Shown here in pieces: positions 11,401-24,416 of a DNA stretch of 64,000 nt. The translations under genes and the position numbers were made by a program. Within the stretch, counting starts at the first letter, position 1. Each line of letters opens with the position of its first letter. The notes under the pieces are model-generated. The model had not been told where the DNA came from, searched no databases, and worked only from the letters and a program-made list of their open reading frames with translations. The stretch is from NCBI GenBank assembly GCA_047495785.1, contig JBLDXI010000034.1, positions 62,001 through 126,000 of the forward strand, read 5' to 3'. The stretch is from Lepidodermella squamata. Lineage: Eukaryota > Animalia > Gastrotricha.

Positions 11401-12793
11401 GCCTCGCACAATATCCTCAACCTGATTATTTTTATTTATTTAAACATTATTATAACATCATTTATATATATATATATATATATATATGTCGCATTAAAAG
11501 TTTATAGGCGAGAAACCTCCAAAATTTAAAAAAAAAATCGCTAGTTAATATTTACCACTGTGCGACTTTCAGGGGTGATCCTATTCCTGGCAGCTCCGGC
11601 ATCCAACATCGCACCCGTATTAGTACAATTAGTACAAATTGGCGGATGCGTACAACGCCAAGCTGCCCATAAGAGGCAATCGAGAAATCCGATATCAATA
11701 GTTTGTGAGCATTACCCTATGATAGGAAAATAATCGATTTTCGTAATCGATATCGATTGATTATCGATTTTTTCCGATGTTTTCGGATGAAAAAATCAAT
11801 TCGATTTATGATTCCTCGATGGGTATTGTGGTCAACTTGGCGTTGAACGCATCCGAATCTCGCTGTCTATTTTTAACAGTTAATGATGCTTGTTATTAAT
11901 TGCGTATAATGTGCGAAATATAATGCAATGAATCTTTACTCTATTTATGGCGGTTTTTTTGAGCTTAGAAAGTCAATTAAAAAATAATAATAAAAATAAA
12001 ATTACCTGGGCAGTTCAGCAATATGTTATTACTCGAAACTTGCAAAGTGTTGATAACTTACATAAACTGATAGATCTTGTCGTTGGTAGGCGCTTTCGTC
12101 TATTCCAGGTAGGAACAATGCACGAGTATTATGGTATCGGTCTGAATAAGGCAAACACGCAGCTGTGTCAAAGTAGCTGAGAAGGCCAACCATTAGCTTA
12201 TTATACAATTGGACATCAACGTTACTAATACTCACGTGTACTTCCCGATTACAACAAAAACTTTCATGCCCATGCTGAAGGTGTCGTTTTTTATGAATTC
12301 GAACTGCATGCACGTCGAGCTCGTGAATCGCTGCAATGCTTGTTGAAGTAAGCTCCGCGCATCTTGGCCTGTTTTGAAAGAAAGACAGACGGTATCAATC
12401 ACCGGCTAAACTAGGCCTATTCAACGGGATAGGGCCATTCACCACGTGAAATTCGCCCCCTCCTCCGTACCCTCGGACCTCGATGATCTACTTCATCCAG
12501 GGCGTGCAAATTTTCGTGAACAGAATATTTGAAGAAATATGGCCATTTTCTATTTTAAATATGCGTGGCAAATGACTTTGATCTCGCCGCCCAGGCTTGG
12601 TCTCATTATTACTTTTAAACCAGTAATTTTGCTAACCTGCGAGGGGTACACCTATGTTCGCCAATCTCCCCCAGTCCCATTGAAGATCTTCCGTAATGTA
12701 GATCTTAATCGGTGACGGATAATCGGGTTCTGGGTAAGTCGTTGGCGAAATTCCATGAACGAAACAGCTAACAGCTATCAAAATGAGTAACAT
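8450..12793 (-). CDS. Secreted astacin-like (M12A/NAS-type) protein, predicted catalytically inactive, with EGF, CUB and C-terminal Cys-rich modules; multi-exon, interrupted by two MITEs
   Basis: GT-AG exons with compatible phases: 12793-12637 (signal MLLILIAVSCFVHG), 12368-12236 (ALQRFTSSTCMQF), 12176-12062, 11421-11193 (VRGMMNAFGYDW...LDYDT...IGSMDRLSHYDILQLNRQYKC), about 11054-10804 (CQNGGYPDPTQWCEKCRCPYGFGGDFC, CGG..IVSPNYP..CSW). CUB exons (CEDYVII, FCAC..RGGFKL) follow, then exons running to NQIGGPFNDPFACFTL* with the stop at 8450-8452. Confidence 0.8.
9220..9513. mobile_element. hAT-type MITE (294 bp) in a coding exon
   Basis: TIRs CAGGGTGCGAAGTA / TACTTCGCACACTG. Perfect 8-bp TSD AGCCCTTC at 9212-9219 and 9514-9521. 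Confidence 0.9.
9963..10379. mobile_element. hAT/P-type MITE (417 bp) in a coding exon
   Basis: Perfect 24-bp TIR CATGAGACGTACCAGGACGCAGCG. Perfect 8-bp TSD GCGTAGAC at 9955-9962 and 10380-10387. Removing it restores ...GFKLIVYATCPG... Confidence 0.93.
11643..11855. mobile_element. Small MITE in an intron of the astacin-like gene
   Basis: Inverted ends CGGATGCGTACAACGCCAAG and CTTGGCGTTGAACGCATCCG; ATCGA-rich interior. Confidence 0.6.
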
Positions 12794-13213
12794 TTTTTCA
12801 AATGTCAAAAATCTAAAAGAAAAAGAAAAATAGGCACAGTAAATGGAGGGAAGGCATGTATAATTTGAAAGGCGGATTCTCGTCTTAAGTATTTGTACTT
12901 GTCACCTCTCACCTATGAATTGCTGTGAAGAAGTGTAGATCCGAATTCCGAATTTTCAGCGAATAGCAAGAGGGGTTCAATGACCTTGCGTTTTAATTAA
13001 CTTCAATTTGTGGTGGAGCCCCCAAGATATGGGAGAAGATGAAAAACGGCAATCGTCCGCCAAAAATCCTAAGCCACTTTTCGGGGTGTGAAAGGTGAAA
13101 GGGTCATACCCCTAAGAAAATAGCCTGCAAAATTACAATAAAAAATCCGCCTTGATTGTTTTCTTGGAGAAATATCCATAGAATATGTGTTTCTCCATGG
13201 CAAACCTTAGGGG

Positions 13214-13244
13214 CATAGAGAATAGAGTAACTCTATTCTCTATG
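13214..13244. mobile_element. 31-bp TIR-only mini-element with 8-bp TSD
   Basis: CATAGAGAATAGAGT-A-ACTCTATTCTCTATG (15+1+15 palindrome) flanked by CTTAGGGG at 13206-13213 and 13245-13252. Confidence 0.85.
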
Positions 13245-14313
13245 CTTAGGGGCATGTGGTATACCGTAATCCGGTATAACTTTGAACACCTACGTCCACG
13301 CAAAATTCAATTTAAATTCTGCGTAAATTCAACTGATGCAATTCTGGCCGGGTATTCAACGTAGTTCCACTGGGACCGCCCACCGTAACACCCTGATATT
13401 TTTTATTCTCGGAAATTCGCAAGCATAAGGATTTGGCAATGTGTACCCCAAAAGTACATTTTGAACACCAAGATTTCGTGGAATAAAAATCCACCTTTAT
13501 TCGTGCGCAGAAGAGAATTTAGCGTGAAATTCGCGATTTTCACCTTCGTAGAGATAAAGTGTGTTTTTCCACGCGCTATACCCACTATCCCTCATCGTGG
13601 AATTTCAATTTTTTTTATTATAGTCGATGGGGATCGGTTTCAACTTCAACCTGTTCAAAGGAATCCGCTGGGAAATGAATAGTTTTGACGCCATAGCGGT
13701 TTTCCCGAAGGTCACTTTTTGAGGGTTCAAAAATGGGTGTATTCGGCTTGACCCCGCGGCCACATGCTTGATCTGACTACCCCTTTCTTTGGTGGAAATG
13801 ATAGAAATGAGTCCATATTATCACCATGTGAAATGATTTGTTTACCGAAGCCACCGTTAAACAATTATTCATGGGTATCGGATGCATTTTTTTGTTTATA
13901 CAGCCTTTATGCCTAAACCACCCAGCCGTCATTCCAGCCTTCATTCCTCATGAGAAACCGTGTTCGCACTTCGTATGAAAAAAATAGGGAAATTTCGTAC
14001 TCTGCTTTGAAATAACTTGAATAAATACTTAGCCTTTGCACTTATAGCCATATTCAATAACAGAATCCCGAAAAATTGCATCCGAAACCCATGATTGATT
14101 TTTTAGACTACCCTTTAAGGCTGGGTTTCATGGCTCATTGACTGAAATTTATTGGAGTTCCACCGTGAATGAGTCTTAGAAATGAAATCAAGCTAGTCAT
14201 CCCTTTAATTTGAGGCAGAAGGAAAAAGATATGCTTAATAAAAGTCAACACAAATTTCCGGGAGAAATGGATGCCTCAGGTTCAGTAGCCTCAGAGCCGG
14301 GCAGGATGCGTCC

Positions 14314-15410
14314 TCAAATCCGTTCGCATATGGCGCGTTTGGATATAGAACACGAAGCCAATACAAGTCCGTTCATATTCGCGTGTTTACCTGAATTATG
14401 AAACATGAATATTACGTAATATTACATGTATTAGTTAGAATTCGAGCCTATTGAAGCCCCTTTATCGCGCCCTTACAGTGTTTCGTGTTATCAGGCGTTT
14501 GTGGAATGCCGAGGAATGTGTCGTTAGCCGGCTCGCCTGTGATGAAGGAGTACGATGTTGGGTTCGCTTGTTTCGCGCCGATGAACAGCAATTCAGTGGT
14601 TGTGGCAATCGTTTTAGCTTTGTCGAACATCGCCTGATCATTGGGAATCGCCAGCGATTTATTGCGGGCCTGGCAAGCGTTCACTGCGTATGCTCGCGTG
14701 CCTTTTGATTTTTGATGCTGTGAGCTCCAAGCTCGCTGGGGTCTGAAAAATAGCATTGCTATCAAAAAGTGAACAAATACTGCCTCCTACTTACATCTCC
14801 GCAAAGACCGTAACTAGGGCCCGAGCAGCTTGCATCCAAAATGCCCAATGTTGAGATTTGCATACCTAACAACAATTAGTATGACGAGTAAAATGATGAT
14901 GAATACATTATCGTTGTTTTCAGGCATTGAAACATCGACAATATTGATTTAAATTTCACAAACGGCGTGATGGTTCGGAGAATTTGAAAATCAATATCTA
15001 AGTAAGCTTCCAGGAGTTACAGTTAGAGATCCAGAGATATCACCAAGTATACACTTATATACACAAAATGGCAACCATCTACAGAATATCAAACAAACTT
15101 ACTGCCGAAATTTTGAAGACAGGCATCCAAGCTGGCAAAACCCGTTTTCCCTTAAGTCTAAAATAACAGAAGGGTTTGAAAGGAGAAAGTTGGCGGCGAA
15201 AAGTTACCGTGGTATTTGTGCAGGGAAAATTGTTCGTAATACATGTGACGAATTGCCGAATCAACACAGGAGTCAAATCTCTGTTTCTGTTCAATGGATT
15301 TGTGTGAAGTTCGCAAAGTAGGTCAAGATTTATTACCAGAAATGTGTTCAAATCCGTGGTACAATTGTACTCAGCGGTAATGTCAGGGATCAAGGATAGT
15401 GGAAGAATGA
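14314..15410 (-). pseudogene. C-type lectin-domain gene, paralogue of 62217-64000, pseudogenised
   Basis: Exons CMQISTLGILDASCSGPSYGLCGD | TPASLELTASK..GTRAYAVNACQARNKSLA..FIGAKQ..YSFITGEP | CKHANMNGLVLASCSISKRAICERI* mirror the 62 kb gene, including the ICERI* end. A 7-bp duplication at 14703-14716 shifts the frame, and upstream exons contain stops. Confidence 0.75.
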
Positions 15411-15599
15411 TAGCGATAGAAACATGGGATTATGAGTGCACATTTTTCTTCATCCACATTTTTTATGAAAAATTGTTGATTCTTCAGAAGAAACTTGGAA
15501 AAACTACCGTAAATACCGAATTATTAAGCTGAAAAGGCAGGGATGCACCCATCCTAAGAATATAAGACCCGTTTTGCATCGAAATCGGTCATGAAGTGA

Positions 15600-18500
15600 C
15601 CCGAGCTTTTAATTTGTTGCTGCTAGCTAGTGTTTAGACATGTTTGCCTTGTTTTTCTCGTGCTGACTGCTGTTCATCAATAAAACACCAAAAAACACTA
15701 AATTTATTGCTGCTGACTGGTGCTGATAGATCGCCCGATATGCTCGCTTGTTTTAGAAATTCTTCGAATTCTCAGCACTCGTGAGCAGAAAACTCACTAC
15801 TTGTGATATTATTGCGCAAAAAACGTCATCTCCTTAATATGGCAATAAGAAGTGTGAATATGCAAATGAACTGCATGAATTCATCAAGTCCTATTCCAAA
15901 ACCAGTACTTTTCTGAAATCGCATCTAGTTTATAATATTTTCTGCCATGAAAGTGGTCCCTTGGTAATCGGGGTGGCCAGCTGATGTTTGAACTCAATGA
16001 TTTCGATCTGGCGGAGCGAGCGGTGAAAACTGGTCTAACCGTCAAGCCGTTTCTACTCCGATTTCGCTGGTTTGTTGTGAAACCACCCGATGTTATTCAA
16101 TGCTATCGCTGCCAACGTTACGGCCACATGGCGCGGAGCTGTTCAGAAGAAGAACGTTGTTTGAGATGTGCACAATGTTTCGCACAATGTTTCGACTTGT
16201 TTGCGTGTTGTTTGCTGCAACACGCATTAAATTTTAAAATTTTGAAATTTTAAAATTTTCAATTAAGCGAAGATTTTTTGGAATACCTGGAAATATTTAT
16301 CGGAATGTGGATCTATACCCTTGATTTACAGGATATTAATTGCCTGGTGTATGAATTTTGTATAGTTTAGGCATTTGATACAAAATTCAATGTTCCAAAA
16401 TCTAAAATCTGAAAAATTGACATAATTGACATAATCGAAAACTGACCGAGAAAATCACCTCTATTTAAGGAGAAGTCCAAAAAAAATCACGACCCTCCGT
16501 TTAGAAGGGCGCCTGCCTTCATTGTTGCGTCATTAACACAGCCACACTAGTCACGTGACTCTTAATCGCTTTTAAATTAAACTCAAAGACAGTAAGGGCC
16601 ATCAGCTTGTCACACAAACAGTGCTGATTTTTTCTGAGTGAGATTTTCGACGCGAAATTTAAAGACTGGGACTAACATATTTTAAAACCTCAATTTCTTT
16701 CCACTCAGGTGAAAATTCAGCTCTTACCATTTATTAGGCCATTCCTTTATCCGACGTGTGGGTAGTATCAATGGATTTTTTCCTTGTTTAATATATCTAT
16801 TGGGAGTCCCGTAATGCCACGCTGCATTTTTCACGGTACCATGTGATTTTTCCCCAAATTTTTGAAAACTTAATTAATAACCCTAAATTCAACAAAAAAT
16901 TCAAATCGTTTGAATTTTAGTGAATTTCGATGGGGGTCTGATACAACCTTTTTATATAGCTCTATATTTTTAGCTGCCGAAACTCATTTTGCAGTGTTAG
17001 CGGTACTAAAATTAGGTAAACACCTCTGGAAATATGTATAAATATGTATATTTACGCCGCTCAAGTGAAGGCTTCAGCGTTCAATTACAGCTTCGTGGTA
17101 ACACATTTTTCGGATTTATTTGTGCTATTTCGGCTTTTTTGACCATAACCTACAGCCAGAAGATGAGGAATATTTTCCGATTAATTTTGAAATTAATTTC
17201 GACCGGCGACGGGCGCCGCCTGGCTCATTATTGCCAGACTCCGCCAACCCAAAATTACGGGCCACGGCCAATGGCTGTACATCCATGGCTAATATTATGG
17301 AGACGGTGTGAGGTGTTCCATCGTGGTCTCGACCCTCGACCCTCGACCAGTCGCTGTTTTTACCTAATTTTTAGCTCAGCGCATGTCTCATCCTGCGTCT
17401 CATTTTTCCGCCCTGAGGCGGCCGATTTAAAATTTACAAAAACCTGTATTTTAGTCATATTAACATTATCGGGAAGCATGAAAATATCATTTCAAGATGT
17501 GTCGTGGCGTCGAAATCGATGTTAAGGTGGATAAATACAGAGTGTCCCAGAAATTTGCGCAACTTTTTTTTAATTTGGCAACTTTTAGTGGGAAATTCAT
17601 TAATTTTATTAAATTAAACCTAGCAAATTTCGCCGGAATTTTTGATCTCATTTAAAGTGACGCATACTTTATTACGTGTTATGAATTTTTCTAAAATATT
17701 TCTGGCCTCGCGGCGTGACTTCGCGTCTCATTTTAAATGTTCTGACCCTTAACTCTTTCCCGAGTATTTTCTTTGCATGCGTTACTTATGGGACACGCTG
17801 TAGTCTGTAGTTGTGCTGCTCAGTTTAAAATTTCGGCTGCGAAGAAATATATAATCTCTTTGCTGGCTTTCATTTTCGCTCCAACAGTTTCGCCTTCGAT
17901 AGCGGGCTTGAAAATGTTCGCAATATTTCTAATTTGCGTGCTAATTCGTGTATATAATCCTGAGGGCAATGCTAGCATTGTAAAGGCCTTCCGCGGTTTT
18001 TACCCGGAACCGGTCCCAAGGCCGGGTTTTTTTATTGGTGGTTATGAAATATTTTCGCCATTCGAACGTGGTGATTTCGAAAGAAATTGCAATTTCAAGA
18101 CGGGTCGAGTGGTAACTGGGATTTCTAACGAAATCCTAGTTGCCACTGCTCAAAATTCGGGAAAATTCTTAAGGATGGGTTAGTTGGGATCCCAAGGTGA
18201 TGGGTGGTTCAGGGGCCTGGTGAGATGGGCTATGGGCGTTATAAGCTGGTCCCACTTGGCAATCTGATGATCCCGTCGCCTGATCCGTCGTCTGTGATTT
18301 CACGATTACAGTGGCGCTGCAGGGACCGCACTTGATTGGTCCGATCGGCGCGGCTATCTGAGCTATCTGAGCCAAATGCCCCAGTAGGTTAGGGGGGGTC
18401 CCTTGGTATTTACCAGGACATTTACCAGGACCTAATCAGGGCAAGGTCCTGAGCCTCGGGAATGCCCTGATGGCTTACTGATAGGCTGGTACTTCTAATA

Positions 18501-18719
18501 ATAAATTATAAAACAAACATTTTGATAAATATGATGAATAATTCCAATTTAAATAAATAAGAATTATACAGAATTAAATTTCCTGCTCAGTACCACTGAG
18601 CAGTGAAAACTGGTAAATATGCTCACTAGTGTTTGCGTGGTGCAATTTAGGCATGTTCAGCAGAAGTTTTAGGGAAACAAATCAAACACTAGTCAGCAGA
18701 AAAAAATTGAAAGCTCGGG
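15600..18719. mobile_element. Possible old TIR element (about 3.1 kb) with diverged inverted ends
   Basis: CCCGAGCTTTTAATTT..GCTAGTGTTT.. at 15600 versus ..AAACACTAGTCAGCAGAAAAAAATTGAAAGCTCGGG ending at 18719. No clean TSD. Confidence 0.4.
16075..16175 (+). pseudogene. Gag/ORF1-like zinc-knuckle fragment of a non-LTR retrotransposon
   Basis: QCYRCQRYGHMARSC...RCLRCA: a CX2CX4HX4C knuckle followed by the start of a second one. Confidence 0.7.
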
Positions 18720-21086
18720 GATGAAATCATTCCTCTAATACTAATATAATCACTGCTCTAAATGAGGCGAACGCGAGTTCTCATTTTTAGCAGCAAGGGG
18801 TATTACCAGAGTTTGGATTTGGATACTCTAAATCAATAGCAAATCAAGGGAGCTAAATCATTTGCAAATTGAATCATCATAAGCATTTTGTAAATCCACT
18901 AAGGCCACAAAGGCCGACAGTGGTAATAATAATATCATTCATATAAAAAGGTCTCTGCCAACGAGTTCACCATTAGTAGGCAGTAGGAAACTTTACAAGG
19001 ATCCGGGATTGTTAGGGAGACTCCAATTTTCCAAGGAAGTCTTCGAAATTTTTAAATGATATAAATTGACAACATAATGAAGTATTACAGGGTGTTGCGT
19101 AACACCGCGAACAATTTGGATTGCGCGTGATTGAACACAATTTTCAATGAAAATAATCAAGAGAAATTATAATTTTTTGTTCTCGAACTCGAAATACTGT
19201 ATTTTCCGAGTACCCCGCAGGACGAACCCGAACAGCTTCCCCGTAAAGCCTTGCTAAAACCTGAAAATCTCTTTGGGTTACGCAGCTCAAGTCAAGGTCA
19301 AGTACTGGCACAAAATGGGCCCTCCGCGAGCTTTCGATATCGATGCCTTCAGAAATCAGCGACCCGTTTTTTGCAAAATTGGGTCACTTTAACCTATAAG
19401 GCGCCTATGACACTTGAAATACCAATTTTCGATCAGATTAATAAGGATAATGGATAAACAGAGTGAGGGAAATAAAGACCGCCCTCCCCCAAAATAATCG
19501 CCGCGATATTAGGCCTTTTTCGATAAATCAGGAAAATAGACGCTTTATTCGAAAACATTCGAAATTTATCATTTTGATCCTAAACGTAGAGCACGGCTTT
19601 CGATATTTCAAAATCGGCAAAAACAGAGGCTTTCACGGCAAAACTTCGTAAAACTTGGGACCCTTAAAAAGGGAACCCTTATGATTTTTCCCCTGACCCC
19701 TACGGAAATTTGATCGATGCAAGGGGGGGGGGGGCCTTACCTTTTACACCCCCTACATTAAGAACACGGCAAAAATAAATTGAGTAAAAAACAGGAAATC
19801 ACAAGCAAAACTGCCGCGCCAGTCCTAGCTAATACTTGGTTGGGCGACGGTCTTCATTTCGATATCGTAAAAGCACGGCAAAATTATTTTGAGCCTCCTC
19901 ATAAAAACACGGAAAACATAAATCGAAGAAAAATTAATTTTTGAGAGCTCGTAAAACCTAAAACCACGGCAAATGCACGGTATAAAAGGGCAGAGTGCGA
20001 AATAGGATCCAGCAGCTGAGATGTTTTCAACTTTTTTCCAGAAACCCAGCCGAATAATCCAAAGAGTCCCCTTTATATCGCTCACCGGCTAAGCGAATAT
20101 GTGTTAGTGGCTACTTGAACACAGCGGGCGTGCGTCACGCAATTTGTGCGCGCATACTAGCTATGTTCACATCCAAATTTGTAAACATTTGCAGAAAAAT
20201 CATGAATCGTCTTCTTAAAAGAAAATGTGAATTTCAACCAACCATGATCTCGCCTGTTTTCCACAGCCAGGGATGCCCGGTCGACACGTCGCTGCCTGAG
20301 TCGCCAATCGATAGCACAATCTAGCAGTCTGTGTGGATGTAGCACAAGTCAAGCCGCAGACACAATCGATAAAAGAAACTCACCGATGTCGTACACTTTG
20401 ATCTATCCGGCCAACTTCCTCCGAGCTGGATCGATTGCGAATACAAAGGCGATGATAAATGACTTCATCATCAAACACAAAAAGCGTAAAAAATAATAGA
20501 ATAATACAATAAATCAGCGTTTGAAATGAACATTTTTTGAAAAACATGTTTTGATTTTTAAGAGGAAACGCGTGGATACATTTTCCGGCACGTGGAAAAA
20601 TTTCCTCGCTTTCATGATTGAATGAGACGGATTATTTAGTTGTCGTAGTTTTTTGTAAATAGTTTTCATTCATCACCATTACAAAAACTTACCGACCTCG
20701 CGGCTCCAGCATCACATCAGCCATCAGCGTCACATCGGTGTGATTTTATCAGTATTACGCATAATAGATGAAAAAACACGCTTGTCATTTGTCATTAATC
20801 GATTTAATAAGGCATCACAACAAAATAAAATTTCTTTCACATGCAATACGAAAAAATGCAATAATAGTGAATAAATATATTCAGAAATCAAGATATGGGC
20901 GCAACTCAAAAATCGTTGCGAGAGATGGTAGTGTCGGAAGATCGAGGAACAAAACTTCATTCCGCAGCAATGAAAAAAACCAACCCATGAATTCATCGAC
21001 CTGCCACATGAATTAAGTTTCGTCCCATGAATTCAATTACCCTTTTTATCAATATTTTCATGCGCATGAATTGTTTATAAAAACAT

Positions 21087-22353
21087 TTAAAATACATCGC
21101 TGGCTTGTTCGCACCAGTTGAACTCGGCTTTCGAGCTGATAACGGGGTCGAGAGCTAAGGCGTGCTCGGAATCAGCGACGAGGCCGGTCTGTTGTAGCCA
21201 GTCTGGTGTCGTGGAAATATCGCAGAATTCAAGTGGGCAGACGATTTTGTGGGGTGAAATTGTGGTACAGGCGTCGAGACAGCTGGTGGGAAATAAGTGG
21301 ACGGGCTGGTCTGAGCATTGGATGGCGGACATGCCGATGTAGACAGATCGCGGGGCCGTTAAACAACTGCGGTTGCCAAGCAAGCTGATCGGGGACAACG
21401 CGATGATGTTGCAGACCGAGTTTCTTATTATCGGAAGTTTCGCTCGAATTGTAACGTCGATGACATCGGGTTGATCGGCGCCGGTGATGGACATCCAGGC
21501 CGAGACAAACAATGGGACACCCTGGGTTAGTAATTTGACCGTTTCGTTGTGCCTGGGTGAGATTTGTAGCTGGCGGATGATTTTAGTCGCCATGGCCTCG
21601 GTCATTTCATAGGTACCGAACGAGCCATCGTTTATGCCTACTCGGGTTGGCTCATGAACAACCTGGCGGCTAAGTGTCTGGCGAAGATCAGGCGGTCGCG
21701 GCGCAGTCGACGCAGGCGCCGCAGCGCCGGGCGGCGCAGTCAACTTTGTAGCGCTCTTTGCCGACGAACGGGCCGACTGTTGCGCTTGCGAATAGCGATC
21801 AGCCGGGGGGAAATCGCGCAACCAGGCCAACTTGAGGCGGTTGCGATGGGCAAGGATATCACGACCGGACAGATCAAAGAAGCGAATAGCGTAAGTAACA
21901 GGCGAAACTCGAGCCACGACGGAATACGGGCCCTTGTAGCGAGATGCGAATTTCGGTATCACATCGGGCCGGTTACTTGGTACGTGGAGGTAGACAAGAT
22001 CGCCGATATCGAACGGCTCGCAATTGGCTGAACTGCGATCATAGCGCTCTTTCTCACGAGCACGCGCGAGCTGGAAGCGAGTCCGAACGTCGTCGAAAGC
22101 GCGACGTAGTTTGTCATACAAGCCGTAGGCATGATTTTCACGCAACTCGTTCTGAGTTTTGGGCTGGGACGCAGGCTTCTCGGCGGAGCACTGCCAGTCC
22201 ATAGCCAACTTGGGCATGTGACCTAGCATAAGATATGCTGGTGGGTGGCGATGAGTCGAATGGTGAGACGAATTGTAGCCGGAGCAGCAGGCCTTGACGA
22301 AGCGGCACCAGTCGAGGTGCTGGCCGGGCACGACGTATTTCGCGATGCAGTTA
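21087..22353 (-). pseudogene. Ty3/Gypsy integrase C-terminus (GPY/F motif) fused in frame to an env-like Cys-rich segment
   Basis: W...V....YNSSHHSTHRHPPAYLMLG.MP, FDIGDLVYL and KFASRYKGPYSVV, then a low-complexity linker and LPIIRNSVC..C..C..CLDAC..IVCPLE. Confidence 0.85.
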
Positions 22354-24416
22354 CACTAGGAAAAATGTAAAGCTAATCAGCTATTTCCATTCAGCCATAG
22401 CTAGCTAAAAAGCCTAGACTATGCCCCAGCTTAATATCAGCTAAAAAGCCATAGCTAAATAACCTTCGATGAACTGCGAATTGAAGCCTGCGGCGTAATA
22501 AAGTTACACAACAATGGCTGTGACCCTTTCTGATTGCTACTCGAAGCTCTATTTCATTCGTTTTTCATCCATGCACACAGAAGCAAAAAAGTAGTCATTA
22601 TTGCCACTTAGTTTTCAAAATGCTACGACCCTAGCAGTTTCAGCTAAAATATCCCAAGCAGCTTTAAATGGAATAATTTCAAATCGAGTTGACGCCAGGT
22701 AAGATCTGTCGTCGTGTCAATCCATAATTATTGTTATTTTTTATCAAAAGATTTTTAAAATTTGACAAAAATTACGGGAAAAATCAGAATAATTTCCTCC
22801 AGCTAGCACGAGCTTCAACATCTTGCCTAACTACTAATGCAGCGCGAAAAATAACAATTCAATTAACACATTAACCTGAGAAGGCTCGTGTTAGCTAGAG
22901 GTTTTATTATTCGTTCATTTTTGCGGGAATCTTTCATTGAAATTCCAAAAATTTTGTCAAAATTGTAAGTCTCGTATGTTGAGCTGAAATCATTCCTAAA
23001 AATGCATTGGAGCGGAAATTTCGGTAAATATCACAAATAATTCTTTCATCAATTTACTTGATTAAAATTTGAAAATTATTTTGAATTTTCAGAAGAATAT
23101 TGGTGAATTTTGGTTCAAGACCATCGCGTGTGAAATTCGTTGCTTCAAGGTGAGGAAAACTCCAATATTTTCTAGAAAATGAGACTTTTGTCACGCCGAA
23201 AATTTCAATCGAATTAAAATTCAGTTTCATCCATATTTAAAATATTAGAATTTAAAAATGTTGATTTTCTTTTAATTTTTAATTTTTGAAGATTGTCACA
23301 TTCGTTATTTTCCTTGAAGTATCAAAAACATTCAGGTGAAATCTCTACAGAGCCGATTATAAATAACCAAAATATGCGGATAATTAATTTTCAATTTTTT
23401 AGGAAAATTTATGAAATTTCAAATTCCCGAAAATTCCGCTGATTTTTAGTAAAAAATTTTAAAAATATCGAGGTTGAAATTTTAATTGACCGAGTTATTA
23501 TAGGAGCAAATACGGTAATCGCTAATCGAAATTCTACCCATGGAATCTTTCACGTAAATATCTGTGACGTATTCGTTTTAAGGCCGGAATGCCGCTAATT
23601 TCAAATCAAATCCCGGGGCAATTTGAAGGCAGCGTTGCGAAACGGACATGGTCACCTTGGACGACGGCAACATGGAAATCGGCTTATCTGACTTGGCTAT
23701 TCGAAAAATAAATCGAAGGTATATTCGTGGTTCTAGATTTTAATGAACTCTAAATTAATATTGCATAGGTATTGCCTCTGAATTTTGACAGAAAATTTTC
23801 AAGTTCATGTATTGATTCTCTCTCTCTCTCTCTTCCTCGTAATAAAATTTCCAATTTTCTCTTTCAGTATCTAAAATTGAGGCGGCTTCTATCCGGATAC
23901 AGAGGTAAGTAATTCTGAAAACTTTAAATTTTAGAAATAAGCAATTGTTCAAATTTCAGGAGCAAATTACGGCGTTCAAATAGTGATAACAATCAATTTC
24001 AAGCAGATGGAAAATTCGAAAATTCGAAAATCGAGCAGAAAATATTTCACAGCTTTGTCAAGTCAATTGAAATTACGTTTTAAATGTGTACCTCATTCTG
24101 TGATACCTGTGATGAAAAATTGTGAAATGAAGACTTGAAAAAAATAAATAAAATCTCAAGCCGAAAAGAGACATGGATTTTTATCTTTTAAATTTTGGGT
24201 TGAAGGAAGGAGAAAGTGAGCAGCTGCGGTCGATTGCGGCCCCATTGTTACGCAAGCAAGCTGAGACACGACATGCAAGAAGCTAAATAACCGAATATCT
24301 AAATAGCTGTTGGTTGAATAGCGAAAAAAGCTAAATAAGGGTACGTAGGAAGCATTATTAGCCCTCTTGAGGCGATGGATTTTATTTGGCTAAAAAGCTA
24401 AAATTTTTTTCTAGTG
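22354..24416. mobile_element. CACTA/CMC-like non-autonomous element inserted in the Gypsy pol
   Basis: Begins CACTAGGAAAAA and ends TTTTTTCTAGTG, with many subterminal AGCTA repeats at both ends. Its ends coincide with the breakpoints of the RT and integrase frames. Confidence 0.7.

Noticed and set aside
11461-11488. (TA)n tract
   Set aside because: Ordinary intronic microsatellite.
17034-18375. ORFs of 136-163 aa
   Set aside because: They lie in repeat-like DNA, with no splice structure or domain features.
20080-20470. Possible exons of another lectin-like gene (HPWLWKTGE; CVTHARCVQ)
   Set aside because: I could not build a consistent frame; at most a decayed fragment.
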